The notes under the pieces are model-generated. The model made no database searches and had not been told where the DNA came from. It saw nothing but the letters and a program-made list of their open reading frames with translations. Shown here one piece after another: positions 37,760 through 59,791 of a DNA stretch of 64,000 bases (the first letter of the stretch is position 1; every line of letters begins with the position of its first letter). Where the stretch lies: the NCBI RefSeq assembly GCF_964204645.1, contig NC_134035.1:6014001-6078000 (forward strand), written 5' to 3'. This stretch comes from Tubulanus polymorphus (Eukaryota; Animalia; Nemertea). The position numbers and the translations under genes are program-made.

Positions 37760-38760
37760 AAAAATCCCACAATAAACGAAGCAAGATTGAAAATGTCTAT
37801 ATCAGAATGATTATATTTGAGATGCGACGTTTCAGCTAACAACTGTTTGTCATCATCAGGCGTACTGGGAACAAAATAAGATAACAGGATATTTATACAA
37901 GAATATGACAAATGATTAAGATTAAAGGATTAAGATTAAAGTATACACAACAAAAACCGGAACACTAAGGAAGAAAACAAAGAAGGCGAACGACAAACTA
38001 GGGGAAACAAGGGGATGTAGTGCGAGATTTGAGTAATCTAAAAACCAAGCCCGGGGGGTCAAAGGCAGACAAACTAAGGGGTAATCAGACAAAAACAAAA
38101 GGCAAGAACATCAAAGGGATAATCAAGGAATGAGTGAGGGAGAGAGTGAGTGGAAGTGTCAAACGGAGGAAAACAAGCTGGGTACAAGTGAAGCGAGAAA
38201 TTGAGAGATCAAAATATTGTGAGGAGAAAAACCGTTGTTCAAATTAACACATTTATCCATATTTTCAATAATAAGGCCAGATTCCATAATGTGACGTTTG
38301 GTTTTATCGGGACAGGGAAAAATTATAGCGGCATTATCAAAATCAAAATTGTGACTTGTTTCATAAACGTGATTAGCTACTCCACTCTCGGGTTTGAAAT
38401 TTTTGAAGTCATTTTTATGTTCTCTGAGGCGCTTGTTCAAATCACGCCCAGTTTCACCAGTATATATTTTATTACAGACTTAACAAGGGATTTTGTATAC
38501 ACCAATGTTCAAAGGTTTCGTTTTGCAGGAATTGTGAGTTGTGTTATGGCTAAGTTTATTATTGTAAGTGAAAACGGGCTGTTTGTTAAGGAGATGAAGG
38601 GGGTTTTTGATTTTTCCAAAAAAGGAACAAAAGGTACGACGATGGGCTGTTTCTGAGGGCGTGGAAACTCGAGAATTACAAAAATGGGTGCGACGGGCTC
38701 GTAAAAGACGATAGTCGTGTAGACCAGGGAAGTATAATACACTTCCTTGTGTAGACTAAG
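37760..38760 (-). mobile_element. 5'-truncated, decayed Penelope-like retroelement (GIY-YIG endonuclease + terminal region)
   Basis: GVYKIPC*VCNKIYTGETGRDLNKRLREHK...VANHVYETSHNFDFD...ESGLI...VNLNNG, with an in-frame stop and a frameshift. Hammerhead-like motif downstream at 37824-37861. Confidence 0.85.
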
Positions 38761-39740
38761 CAATTGTGGTCTCGCAAGACAGTCCACAGGTACACTGGTC
38801 CACAGCCCCCAATGAGGAAGCACTGTCCAGCGGTGACTTTCCCTAATGCGAAGAAATAACGGAAAGATCTAGTTTGTGCGATTCAGGAAAAATGCAAGAG
38901 TCGAACATAACACTAATCCGTGTAAACTGTAGTGAAGATCGAAAGCCCCACAATATGTTGAAATTTATCAAAATTATCCTATGCTTTGCTTTGTTACTTC
39001 TGTTCTGGTAGTCAACAGCCGAAACGATGTGGTTTTAATTTTGATAAATCTTATCGTATGAAATTCGAATTGTGGGACTTTATTCGACAACAATTTATTC
39101 ATTGGACTCCAAAACTCGCACCATCTTTAACATAGTAGAAAGAATTCTACTGTCCGTAACAAGAAAGGCCAATGACCTACACGGTAATGCCTTCGGAAAT
39201 CATTGAAGCTTATTTTGTTATTGGCGATGCAGCCAATCACCTGCTTCAAAGTCTAAGAGGTCATTTAAAAACTGGTGGGCGCTCGTATGAGCTATCATCA
39301 CACTAAATGCTAAGTCTGTGGCCGGATATAACACCAGGACACGTTTTTCAAAAAACGAACTTATTTGAGACAAACGCTTCTGAACTGATAAACTATTCAA
39401 AAACCTGTTTGTTTGAAATACAACTCGACTTTCAACTGTTGATACGGAATTTTAAAATGACTTCAATAACTCTAATCAAAGGATCGATTAAATAAACTTT
39501 TCAAATCGCTGGTTCATCGCGTTACAAGGTTGCTGTAAGGTAGGTGGAACATTTATCTATCATCAGCGGCTGAAATAGATTTAGGGGAAAATAGTTGAAC
39601 TAGGTTTTATAGGGGTTAGGTTAGGTTTACAGGCCCCTAGTGTCACAGCTACGTGGATTACAGCGATTACAGCACGGTCCGCAACACGAAGCAATGCAAA
39701 ACAAAGGTGGTCCGAAGTGGTCAGGTAAGTCATATTTCAG

Positions 39741-39774
39741 CATGGACTTATAAACTAGAGTTGATACGTCCATG
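39741..39774. mobile_element. 34-bp palindrome with 7-bp target duplication (P-like footprint)
   Basis: ATTTCAG|CATGGACTTATAAACTAGAGTTGATACGTCCATG|ATTTCAG. Confidence 0.7.
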
Positions 39775-40633
39775 ATTTCAGTGAGAAGAACAAGACCGAT
39801 GAGCCACAGAAGATCGAACCGGAATTTGAATGGTGATGACAGAGTGGCTTGAAAAATTGCGACCTGTGCGGCATATGTTTTCTAATTATAGTAGATTAAT
39901 AGAATAGAGATGTTGGTATAGTTAGTTACTTGACCATCGATTATCAGAACATAATTTCAATCGTTAATTTCTTAAAAATTTTGAATACATTCACAGATCC
40001 CCGCTAAAAACTTGATAGGTTAGGAAAGTTTAAAGGTTATTTCAAAAGTTTGTGGGTTAGGTGATTGACTATTCGTTTAGTAGTCCATGGTTAGGTGCGA
40101 TTTGGACTTGGACTCGACATTTTTTTTACAAAAGACGATCGACGTTACTTGAACTTGCAACTGGACACATGGAGAGTAGAGCTGTTTGGACTAAGAGGCC
40201 CAACATCGAATATAGCCGTGTGACCCCTCAAAAAACATCTCAACAAAATCCAAGAATAAAACAGATAAACTAAAAAACAGTAGACAGATATAATAACACA
40301 TTAGACCAAATTAATTCTGTTTTCACAGATAAAAACTAACACCGTGCACTAATCTAAGCCGCGGCAAATTTTGCGCGATTTTTGATGTTCTCGCGCTCTT
40401 TAAAAATATCGTGCCATCGTATTTTGAAGACATCCCACGAAATTTTGAAGTAATATCGCGCCGTTTTGAAGTCATCTAGCGTCGTTTTACCTAGAAATCT
40501 ACTCCTGCCGTTTTATTTTGAAGTCAACCTTTCGGCCTGTCTTTCCTTAACCTACCGAGATATCTCGGTTATTTTACAAGTTTGCGGGTTAGGTAATGGA
40601 CTATATTCGTTTTATAGTGATAGCTCATCTCGG

Positions 40634-40890
40634 CAGGGGCGGATCTAGGGGGATGTTGGGGTGTCCGGACCCCCCCCCCCCTCAACTTTGAAGTGCCCTC
40701 AAAAATGTCGCCCCATAATTATTTGACCAAGTCTTTCTACCTATAATATTTTTTCAACGCATGAAATGACTGAGAGCACCTACTTAAATGGTGTAGAAGT
40801 ATTCGGAGTACGTGGTATTTCGTAAAAGTGCCTTTTTGTCTCATTGGACACCGCCCCCCCCCCCCATGGAAAATCCTAGATCTGCCCCTG
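40634..40890. mobile_element. hAT-like MITE with 5-bp target duplication (related copy 50911-51296)
   Basis: CTCGG|CAGGGGCGGATCTAGG...CCTAGATCTGCCCCTG|CTCGG. Confidence 0.65.
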
Positions 40891-41432
40891 CTCGGTGAAA
40901 TTGTTCAGAATTCTAACTCACTCGATTCCAGCGATTTGGTTTTTCATTTCAGGATGATGAAACAAGCATTAATTCTAAATATCGAGCCATTTTGTTCTGA
41001 AGTCGTCTCGTGACGTTTTATTTTGATGTCATCTCGCGCAGTTTTATGTTGAAGTCATTTCGCGCCATTTTATTTTGAAGTCATCTCGCGGGGTTTTTGA
41101 GCTAATCTCGGTGAATTCTAACTGGCTCGATTCGAGCGATTTGTTTTTTAATTGCAGGATGATCAAATAAGCAGTAATTATGACCGCTACCAGAACTGAT
41201 TAAAAGACCGCTACCACAACTGACTAGAATACCAGAACTAAGACTGCACTTAGAAGCTGCTTGCATGAACGTTTATGCTTGGTAAGTTTAATTCGGCTTC
41301 AGTTGTACAGTAAAGGCTTAGCATTCGGAAGTTGAATCATTGACCACTCGGCACACAACATGGGAACTAAATCTAAATTTTTTTATCAATATCTGATAAG
41401 AATATTTTGTTTTATTTTATCCTCAGCTTCTT

Positions 41433-42128
41433 CATCCCGGACACATCGCAGATTACTGCATCTTCACTCCAACATCCCGGTCACATCACACGTGATTGTA
41501 TCTTCACTCCAGCATCCCCGACACATCACACGTGACTGCATCTTCACTCCAACATCCCGGACACATCACACGTGACTGCATCTTCACTCCAACATCCCCG
41601 ACACACCACACGTGACTGCATCTTCACTCCAAAATCCCGGACACATCACACGTGACTGCATCTTCACTCCAACATCCCGGACACATCACACGTGACTGCA
41701 TCTTCACTCCAACATCCCCGACACACCACACGTGACTGCATCTTCACTCCAACATCCCCGACACATCACACATGACTGCATCTTCACTCCAAAATCCCGG
41801 TACCATCACACGTGACTGTATCTTCACTCCAACATCCCCGACACACCACACGTGACTGCATCTTCACTCCAACATCCCGGTCTCATCACACGTGACTGCA
41901 TCCGGTCACATCACACATGACTGCATCTTTACTCCAACAATCCCGGACACATCGCACATGACTGCATCTTAACTCCAACATCCCGGACACATCACACGTG
42001 ACTGCATCTTTACTCCAACATCCCGGACACAACACACGTGACTGCATCTTTACTCCAACATCCCGGACACATCACACATGACTGCATCTTCAATCCAACA
42101 TCCCTGACACATCTGCATCTTCATTCCA
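41433..42128. repeat. 40-bp minisatellite, ~17 copies
   Basis: Unit ACACATCACACGTGACTGCATCTTCACTCCAACATCCCGG. Confidence 0.93.
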
Positions 42129-43838
42129 ATATTTTATTAACAAATTACATCGTGAGATACAATCAAACTTGCCACGCGTAGAAACACATTATGGGATGTA
42201 TGGACAACAATATTCACCATACAAAGTAGAAGTCATGATGGGAAATTAGAAGAAGAACCAAAATAAAAGGAAAAAATTTGAAAGGGAAAAGAAAAGAAAA
42301 AATAGATGAATGCATACATCATTCACATGAATCCATCCATCGATATACATTACATAGTCAAATATTGTCAAAAATAATTTTCACAAATGAATTGAGCCGT
42401 CTTTGATAAAAGTCTGATATATTGATAACTGAGGTGAAAGTATCAACATCGCCATACAGTAAAAATCGACACTTATTTCTCATAATTGTTAGTGGGGTGA
42501 AATAAGTAAGGTTTTCCGAAGCGTTTAGAAGATTACTGATACAAAGAAGCTGGGCAAGCTGGTTACTCTTAAGAAAGAAATGTGAGGTGGTGTTCATTCC
42601 AAAATCCCAGACACATCTGCACATCACAGTTGACTCTGTGGGATGTTGGATTGAAGGTTCACTATGAGATATTAGTATGCTGTGAAAAACCGAAGATTCA
42701 AACTCGAGCCCATTTCTATAAAATGAAAAACGAAAATTTAGGATTCGAATTCTTATGAGCCCATTTTCGACGCCGAGGAAAACAGAGGATTCAAAGCCCA
42801 CTTCGCTTGGACACAAGAGGAAATCCAGAAGATCCAAACACGCTGTGGAACCAGAGGATTCAATTTAAACACAAGCCCATTTCTCTTGGACACATAGGGA
42901 GATGGCAGAGGATTCAAACTAACTAACCCTCACAGCCTTTCCGAGACGAGGACTACTCGTGATTTGTGACAGACAAGCGAATACTTCAAGATTCGACATT
43001 TTGGAATAAGGTGTCGGGAATGATATTACATCTACTTCGGGGGTTTTCAATCCAAGATTTATATTCATTGTTTATAGGCCAGTACAGGTACAGTATACAA
43101 CGCATGGTAGTGAACCAACCTTGACGATAGTTTCATATGGTTAGTCAAAGTTTTCAGAGTAAAGTTTATTTCAGTGTCAATATGTACTGTACACTTCACA
43201 GCTAGGTTTATAAAAGTCTGACTATTCTAAAATAAAATCAGTTCTTCATATGTTAGCAACCGACGGAGTTGACTTCTGTCCGTCTTTCAGTGTGGGGGTG
43301 CCGCGTCTTCATCGCCACCCTAGGATTAGGAAGAGGCTTTCTAATGGCAACTAAATTTAATGTCAGTACCACGATCATTGTATAATATGAAATAAACGCC
43401 GATCGTGCATGGGTGTCTGAAGTTAGTTATTGCAGGGTGAAAACAGCACCTGCGGTTCTGGGTCGCGCGTCTTATCAATAAAATATAATTGCCATTGAAC
43501 AATAAACTAATTTAAAGTTGGATTAATCAATAAAATACTAAGTACCAACATTCACCCGAAACTTTGCGCGACATTCCCCTTCGTGGGGTACCGTACTGTG
43601 GCGTCATCTAGTTATAAACCGAGAAACGAACGGGTGATTATTGAGCTCGATTTCTGTAGTATTCAGTGTTAGTGTCGGAACTGGGTGCGATCGATAAAGC
43701 TCGTCGGTTCTCCAGTATTACTCGAGTCTGGGCGTTGTACACGGTCTCTTCAGTCAGTGTCTCTAATTCTGCCGTGTAATTTTACTGTTTAAACTGTGAT
43801 TATGAACTAAGTACGGACACTGTGTGCAGTATTTCACT

Positions 43839-53301
<9,463 letters not shown>

Positions 53302-56300
53302 CGTCGTAAAACTGTTCAAATGGTGCCACTCTTTTATTTTACTACAACAACTAGAAAGAAGAATAATCGCGATCGTCAGAAAAATGATTGTCTATCATCT
53401 GAAATGATTGTCTATCTGTCGTCTATCACAACGTCAGCAGCCACTGGACTCAAGAGTCACGCATGCACAGACCCCCGGCAGATCGCCTGCAGCCCGCCGA
53501 GGAGTCAACTCACTCTCATGCAGTTCTATCATTCATCATCATACGTAAATAAATGGAAAATCAAAATTCTAATTAACCATAGTGAAAAAATAGGAAAATA
53601 CCTGTCATACCTGGCACAGCGAGCTGAATCATCCCTGAATTACAGTATTTTGTTAGTATTTTATCCTGAGAAAAATACTGATTTGATTGGTGTAGACAGA
53701 AATGTGAAAGATGTAAATGAAGATCTTGAACGTCCATTGATAATTGATTAATTCAAACATTTTTCTGACGGAAAAAATTTAGTTTGTAACAGATTATCAG
53801 GCAGCCCGGGGTGTAAAGGGCAGTGGTCTCATCAATCCTGTAACTGTTTCTTTTATGCCATTAATTGAATTATTGTTGTCGTCTTATTAAGTTTTTTTTC
53901 TGTGTTTCAAACTGAAAATCACAGCAGTCCCTGGCATGTGAGGTTAGTTCCGGTGAATCCACATTTTTGAGATTATTCACTAAATTTCTGTGTTGATCGT
54001 TGTTTTTTTTTTTAATATCTTGACCCACCAGCAGCACCTGCCAAGAATGAACCAAGGGGTTTGATTTTGAAATCCGAAATCGACGTACAGATATAGTTGC
54101 GTGATCGGCAGTCGAATTTACAGGAATTTCTTTTTAAAGCGAAGAAATACGTAATCGAAAATTTCAGTTCTGGTTCATTCGCACAATCAGCTTTTTAAAC
54201 ATTCTCGGGGAAAGTGATTTGAGGGTCATTGCGTTCACGTTGGGGAGTATCCACCATTCAGAAACCTCTAAAGATCCTGTTTCGTAGTTTCGTCCATCGC
54301 ACAATTCGTAAAAATCAAGTGTCCTCCACTCTCTCGGTAAAACTCCACGTTTGTTTTCCGCATGTCTCAATACACGTTTTCCGGTTGCATGGATTGACGA
54401 GATTGACAATTTTGTCCGACTATTTAATCTTAATCCGCGTAAGGCGATTGCTAGGAATATGTATGAAGCCATCACACTTTTGAGCGGTTCTTTTCAAAGT
54501 AGCTCCAGTGACATTTTCACTTTTATATGAGAAAATGACTCTCAAAATAAGAAAATAATGCCGATATTATTGATATATCACCTAGTATCACTCTTATAGT
54601 GATATATCAATGATAGTATTGCTACATCATCAGTTATATCGATATATGATAGATCAATGGTATTATTGATATATCATTGTTTATATCGATGTTTGAATTG
54701 ATAGCTATGGTTCCTCGTCGATATACCGTGTAATGATAATACATGTCGAATCCATTCTAGAATTGTGTCTTTCATATAAGTTTTAAATAATTTTTCACGT
54801 GAATTCACGACAAAAGGATATTATTATTATTAATATTATTATTATTATTATTATTAATGTCATGTTCCTGTGAAGGTTTACGTAGGATTTTAAAACTCGT
54901 ATCGAACGTCGTATATCGTTAGAATTTGTCGTAGCTATTTTATTTTCCCGTAAATACCCGGTAATTTGTGAAGAACGTAACCGTTTTGGTTTAATCCCCG
55001 TGCTTTTTGAATAGTGATACAAGCTGTTATTGTCGGCTCATGTTAAACCTCTAAATACTCAAAAATTGCTGTAATATGTATGAAAAGTGAAGAACGTTTG
55101 TGCGCTCGTTTGTTTTTAGGGGTCAGTTTCGCAACCGATACGACCTGCGATGACGTACCTTCGTAGCCATTTGAAGATCTCTTTCCTCATTCGTCTGAAC
55201 ATTGTAATGACAAACAAACACCGAATCCATTTTATAACTGATAGTTCTAGTTAGTTTGAAGTTTGATGATAGATATTTTTGGTGGCAGTTGCGGTTTATA
55301 TTGACCCTCTCAGGATTTAGTTCATTTAAGAGTCAAATTTGAACATTGACTGTAAAACTGAATAACGACAGGCGACTGATTTGTTTGTGCCGTGGTTTCT
55401 CTGTATGACTACAGGCTCCTGGTTTGACTTGCTAAAATCTAATCATTTCACGACGACTTACGCGAAATAGTTTTGCGTATAAGTTGTATGTGGTTCAATT
55501 AAAAAAAAAAAACTTAAGAGTTAGAGTCACAAAATAAAACCTTCGTACTTTACTGTTAAGTACGACGAACTAGAATATAGAAGACGTGATTACAGAAAAT
55601 ACCTTTTGTCTATATTCTAATTCATAATTCGCTATACGTCGACTGCAAGGCGCAGAAAAATATCCTACAAGTTTCCGCAGGAATTTAACATATTTATCTA
55701 ATCTGGCAATTCTATGCGCTGAATGTCGACAAAGGTTACTGAGCATGTGGCTTATACAACTGTAAATCGATGAGGCATTTTCGAAGAAATTTTAAAATTA
55801 AATGACTCGTTAGGCGAGATGTCCTTAGGCGAATTGAACTGAATTGCGTTTTCATTTTTTTTTCGAACGAGAGCTGGTATAATTAATAAGATGGCACACG
55901 GTGCATTCAACAGACGCACCTCGCAGTAATTATTGATATTCGTGTTATTGATTATTATTATTATTTTGTAAAAAATGAAAAGTACAAAAAAGGAGCGAAT
56001 TATCAGAGATCGGTGATTCTCTCTTCTTGTATTAAAACCTGTACATGCATGTAACCAGCGCGCACATTTGTACATACTGGCTTTTTAAACTAATATCTGT
56101 AAACATTAGTTTAGTTATAATTTTGTCGGCGACGATTTCGACTTCGAAGTCCGTATCATGATTAGTGAGTCGGTGTAAGTTTTTCGACGGATGTCGTTGA
56201 AGGCGTTATGTGAAGACCGGGCCGTTACTCGATGAAAGCATTTCTTGAGAAGTGACTATTTTTCGGTAATCTCATTTTTGCAGAAATTATCATCATTGAA

Positions 56301-58019
56301 TCAATCGTTATCTGTACGTGCGACTGAGGGCTCCATATACGGTAAATGATTAGCCACGATCACGCGGAGACGATTTGGCCCGGGCCAAATTCGCACAGAT
56401 CAGGCCCGAGTCAAATTTTTGGTCGGGCTCGGGCCCATTTGGCACCCGTGTGAACAGTTGTTCCAGGCCATAAATGCTCGTGTGATCGCGGTTAGTGTAT
56501 CCATAATATAACAAATATGCCGGTATTACGTGGGGGTTCAACTCTATGGAATTACCGTTTATTAAACCAGACCCAGCGTACAATAGATTACATACTCACG
56601 CTGAATAACTATCTATGAATCTTGTTTCACAAATATCTTGAGATTTGAAGAAGAAATTTTCGCGTTCGTTTCGGTAAATCAAAAGTGAAGCGTACCGAAT
56701 TCGAATGCCGGTGTACAAACGTGATTACCGAGTTGAATGCACAATAGGAGTATTAATAGTCGGCTATCAGGATTTACTCGGCAAATTGCCGGATCGATTC
56801 CACGTAGAATAGTTTTAGTTTTATTAGAAAATTCCCGTCGACTGATGTTACTTTTTTTTTTTATACGAGAAAAAAACTTAGTTCGCTTCGTCGAGAATAA
56901 CAATAGCGATTTAGATATTGATGAATTAATGTTTTAGTTATGCTTGTGTCCACATGAAAAAAATGATGATTTCGAAAGATTAGAGAAAAAAAAATACGTA
57001 TTTTAAAGATTGTATATTTGATATAACGCGGTGTGCAGTGGCTTTTGTTAAAAAAAATATTTCAGTTTTTAAAAAAGAAAGATTATTTTCGTTACGCAAA
57101 TTAAATTGATATAATGCTATTATATATGTGTATATATTTATATATATATACGTGTACATGTACATGTATAATGTATCTACTCATGTACATGTATTTTATG
57201 TATATTATATATATATACATGTATATGTATATGATGTATATGAGACTATGAATTATGTTTTACTAGTGAAGTAAAAATTTAAAATACTGTAAATAGTTGA
57301 ATTATGTACGAAAAAACTTAAGGATATATTGAGCGAAGATGGAATTTTTTTCTAATTCCATCTTCGATTCACTTGTAAATTTTTCCATCTATAAGAAAAA
57401 CAAGTCGTAATTTCTCGGCCATTATATCGATTAATCAACACTACACGATGTTTAGCGCGTCTTTATATTGTTTGCCGTCTTCAAAATCAAAGGTTATTTT
57501 ATGTAGACGAGTATTTAATAGGATTTAGTCGGAAGTACTAAGTGTCTGTTCTGGTTTTTTACCGGTGTTAAGATGCAATGGGACCACGTTTAACAAGCCC
57601 ATCCAATGATGTATACTTACTAGGCATGTAATATTTGCACCAAACATCCGAATGTATTTAGTAATTAAGCATGATTTTCCGACTAGAAATTAAACCATTT
57701 TAAAAATGGTTTTCAATTTTCCCCAGAGGCAAGAAGCATAATAGTGTTTTTCTTCCGCAGACTATTTCATAGTTCTCCTTTTCAATGATAGGGGGCGACT
57801 AATATTCTCATATATACCTTGTATATTTTCTTATCACAAAAAAAAACAGATGGTGAATTAAACAATGAATAAATGTGTTTTTAAGTTTTAAGCTTAAACC
57901 AATTAGTTTAGTATTGAATTTAATGGGATTTTGTTCCGTTTTGGTGGTAGAATTCGTTCCTGGATGCTTTTCCAACGATCTCCTAACCCTAACAGTTAAC
58001 TCACAGGAAAAGTAAAAGA

Positions 58020-58437
58020 CAGGGTTTCCAGCGGTCCTTTCAAGTCCTTCTTTGTCCTTCTTTTGGAAAAAGTTTGGACAAACATCATCTTTGTCCTTCT
58101 TTTTGACACTTAAGTCCTTCCAATTTTGATTTTGATGTATTTTTCGTGCGCAATTTAGTTGCGAATTCGACTATTGAAGTAGGCCTGTTGATTCAATTTG
58201 TCAGTAAGATTGAATATACAGGAAAATGTTATGGAATTACCCTGGAATATATGACTGGTCAATATGGTTAGTATCCCGGTGAAGGCATTGCGAAAATGCT
58301 TCCTTATGGGTCCATGATCATATTGCTGGAAAGTACTTCTTTCTAAGTCAAAATATCCTTCCTTTTGGGTCTAAAATTGCCGGAAAAGTCCTTCTCAGTA
58401 CTTCTTTTTACCTGGCCTTACCACTGTGGAAACGCTG
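58020..58437. mobile_element. hAT-like MITE with 5-bp target duplication
   Basis: AAAGA|CAGGGTTTCCA...TGGAAACGCTG|AAAGA. Confidence 0.55.
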
Positions 58438-58741
58438 AAAGAGAACATGGCGATCAAAAAATTGTTTTGAAATTAGAACTTTGTATCATGCGTCCCTTTT
58501 GAAGACGCGTCTATTAATCATAACAACCTGAAATTGGCTTCACTCCATATCACAGTAAATATCACAGCACATTATTGCACGTTAGACAGGCAAACTGTAT
58601 CTTACGATTCGAGGTAAAGTGAACGATCGACTTATCATACGACACATGGTCGGTAAACCACGCGATAAGCTAATGCCAAGTTTTAAAAGCTTTTTCGCCG
58701 ATCACCTTATGCGACCTGACACGATCGCGAGTTGTAATCGC

Positions 58742-58748
58742 TATAAAA
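58742..58748 (+). promoter_or_regulatory. TATA box of the precursor gene
   Basis: TATAAAA about 140 bp upstream of ATG 58885, with an Inr-like TCAATT at 58781. Confidence 0.45.
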
Positions 58749-58884
58749 CCAGGAACGGTTTCGATCTAAAGTTTATTAGATCAATTTCATCGAGAGAGAG
58801 TCTCTAGCGAACTATCGAGAGAGCGAGCACGAATGAATAGAAACGAGAATATAGCAGTCATAACACGCCCAGTAGGAAATCAAG

Positions 58885-59791
58885 ATGTTACGACTCAGCT
58901 GGAGTATGTTATTGGTTTGTTTGATAGTAGCGGCGATTTCAGCCGCACCACTTCATCAAGATGAACATTCAGATCGTGATTTAAGTGGTAAGTAGGCAGC
59001 TCCTGGTCCTATAGAGGACACTTTGCTAAAATAGAATGATGCATGGCACGCCTAACCATATCTAGACTGGTCCACAGGGACCTGACGCAAATTAAGGATT
59101 TGCGAACCTGCATTGGACAGGTCCAATAACGGGCGGTCCTGATTTCTATATGGTTGTATGCGGTATATCGGAATAATGAAAAAGTCGTTAACTCTGCGTC
59201 CCGAACGTATGAAAGAATTTTCTGTTTTTAATTTGCTTGTGATGTGATGCATTCATGTGCCCAAGTTCAAATTTCATCACCAATATTCTCCTTAATATCT
59301 GGATTATTTCCTCCACCTTTCAAAATATATTACTCCATTTCTTTCTCTTTCTAATAGGGAAAAAGTCTCGCCGCAGCGAACATGGTGACAAACTACTCTT
59401 TAAAAAAAGAAATAAAGTATTGGTTGATATGATCAAAAAATGGGAACAACGGCACCCAACCGGTACTGGTTTTATTCGGACAGTTGACGGGGGCAGTTCG
59501 GGTATTTCTACTGACGAGGATAACAGTTTTAAACCCGTAAACAATCGTCATAAACTCTTGAATCCCGATGCCCTGATTCGAGGGGCACTGATTGGCGAAT
59601 CGGGGATCCGCAGAAATAGGCGTTCAACAGTTGCTGATCTAGATAAGTTAACCGCACATGAAATGAAAGACTTACTGAAGAAACTCGTCGATAAAGAGTC
59701 GTTAATGAGAAACAACTGGCTCGTCGAGCATAACGGCAAAATATACGATTTGAGCAAAATATCGTCCGTTTGTTGTGACCTTGGGAAATAA
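58885..59791 (+). CDS. Uncharacterised secreted prohormone/neuropeptide-like precursor, 178 aa
   Basis: Exon 1 58885-58987 (MLRLSWSMLLVCLIVAAISAAPLHQDEHSDRDLS, G|GTAAGT) and exon 2 59358-59791 (after a long pyrimidine tract + TAG) join in phase 1. Hydrophobic signal peptide; GKK, RR, KKR and RRNRR sites; C-terminal GK*. Confidence 0.75.

Noticed and set aside
8433-42128. 31-, 40- and 41-bp arrays as CRISPR-like loci
   Set aside because: Head-to-tail units with no unique spacers, no cas genes, and a eukaryotic context.
58930-58962. Minus-strand TTGATGA...GAAA hammerhead look-alike
   Set aside because: No proper core or stems. The + strand encodes the signal-peptide exon.
59255-59357. N-terminus of the 178-aa ORF in the track (MCPSSNF...)
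   Set aside because: Reads through the intron pyrimidine tract. The spliced signal-peptide exon at 58885 is a better start.
59760-59791. Insulin A-chain interpretation of SSVCCDLG
   Set aside because: The stop follows immediately, the other two A-chain Cys are missing, and there are no B-chain Cys.
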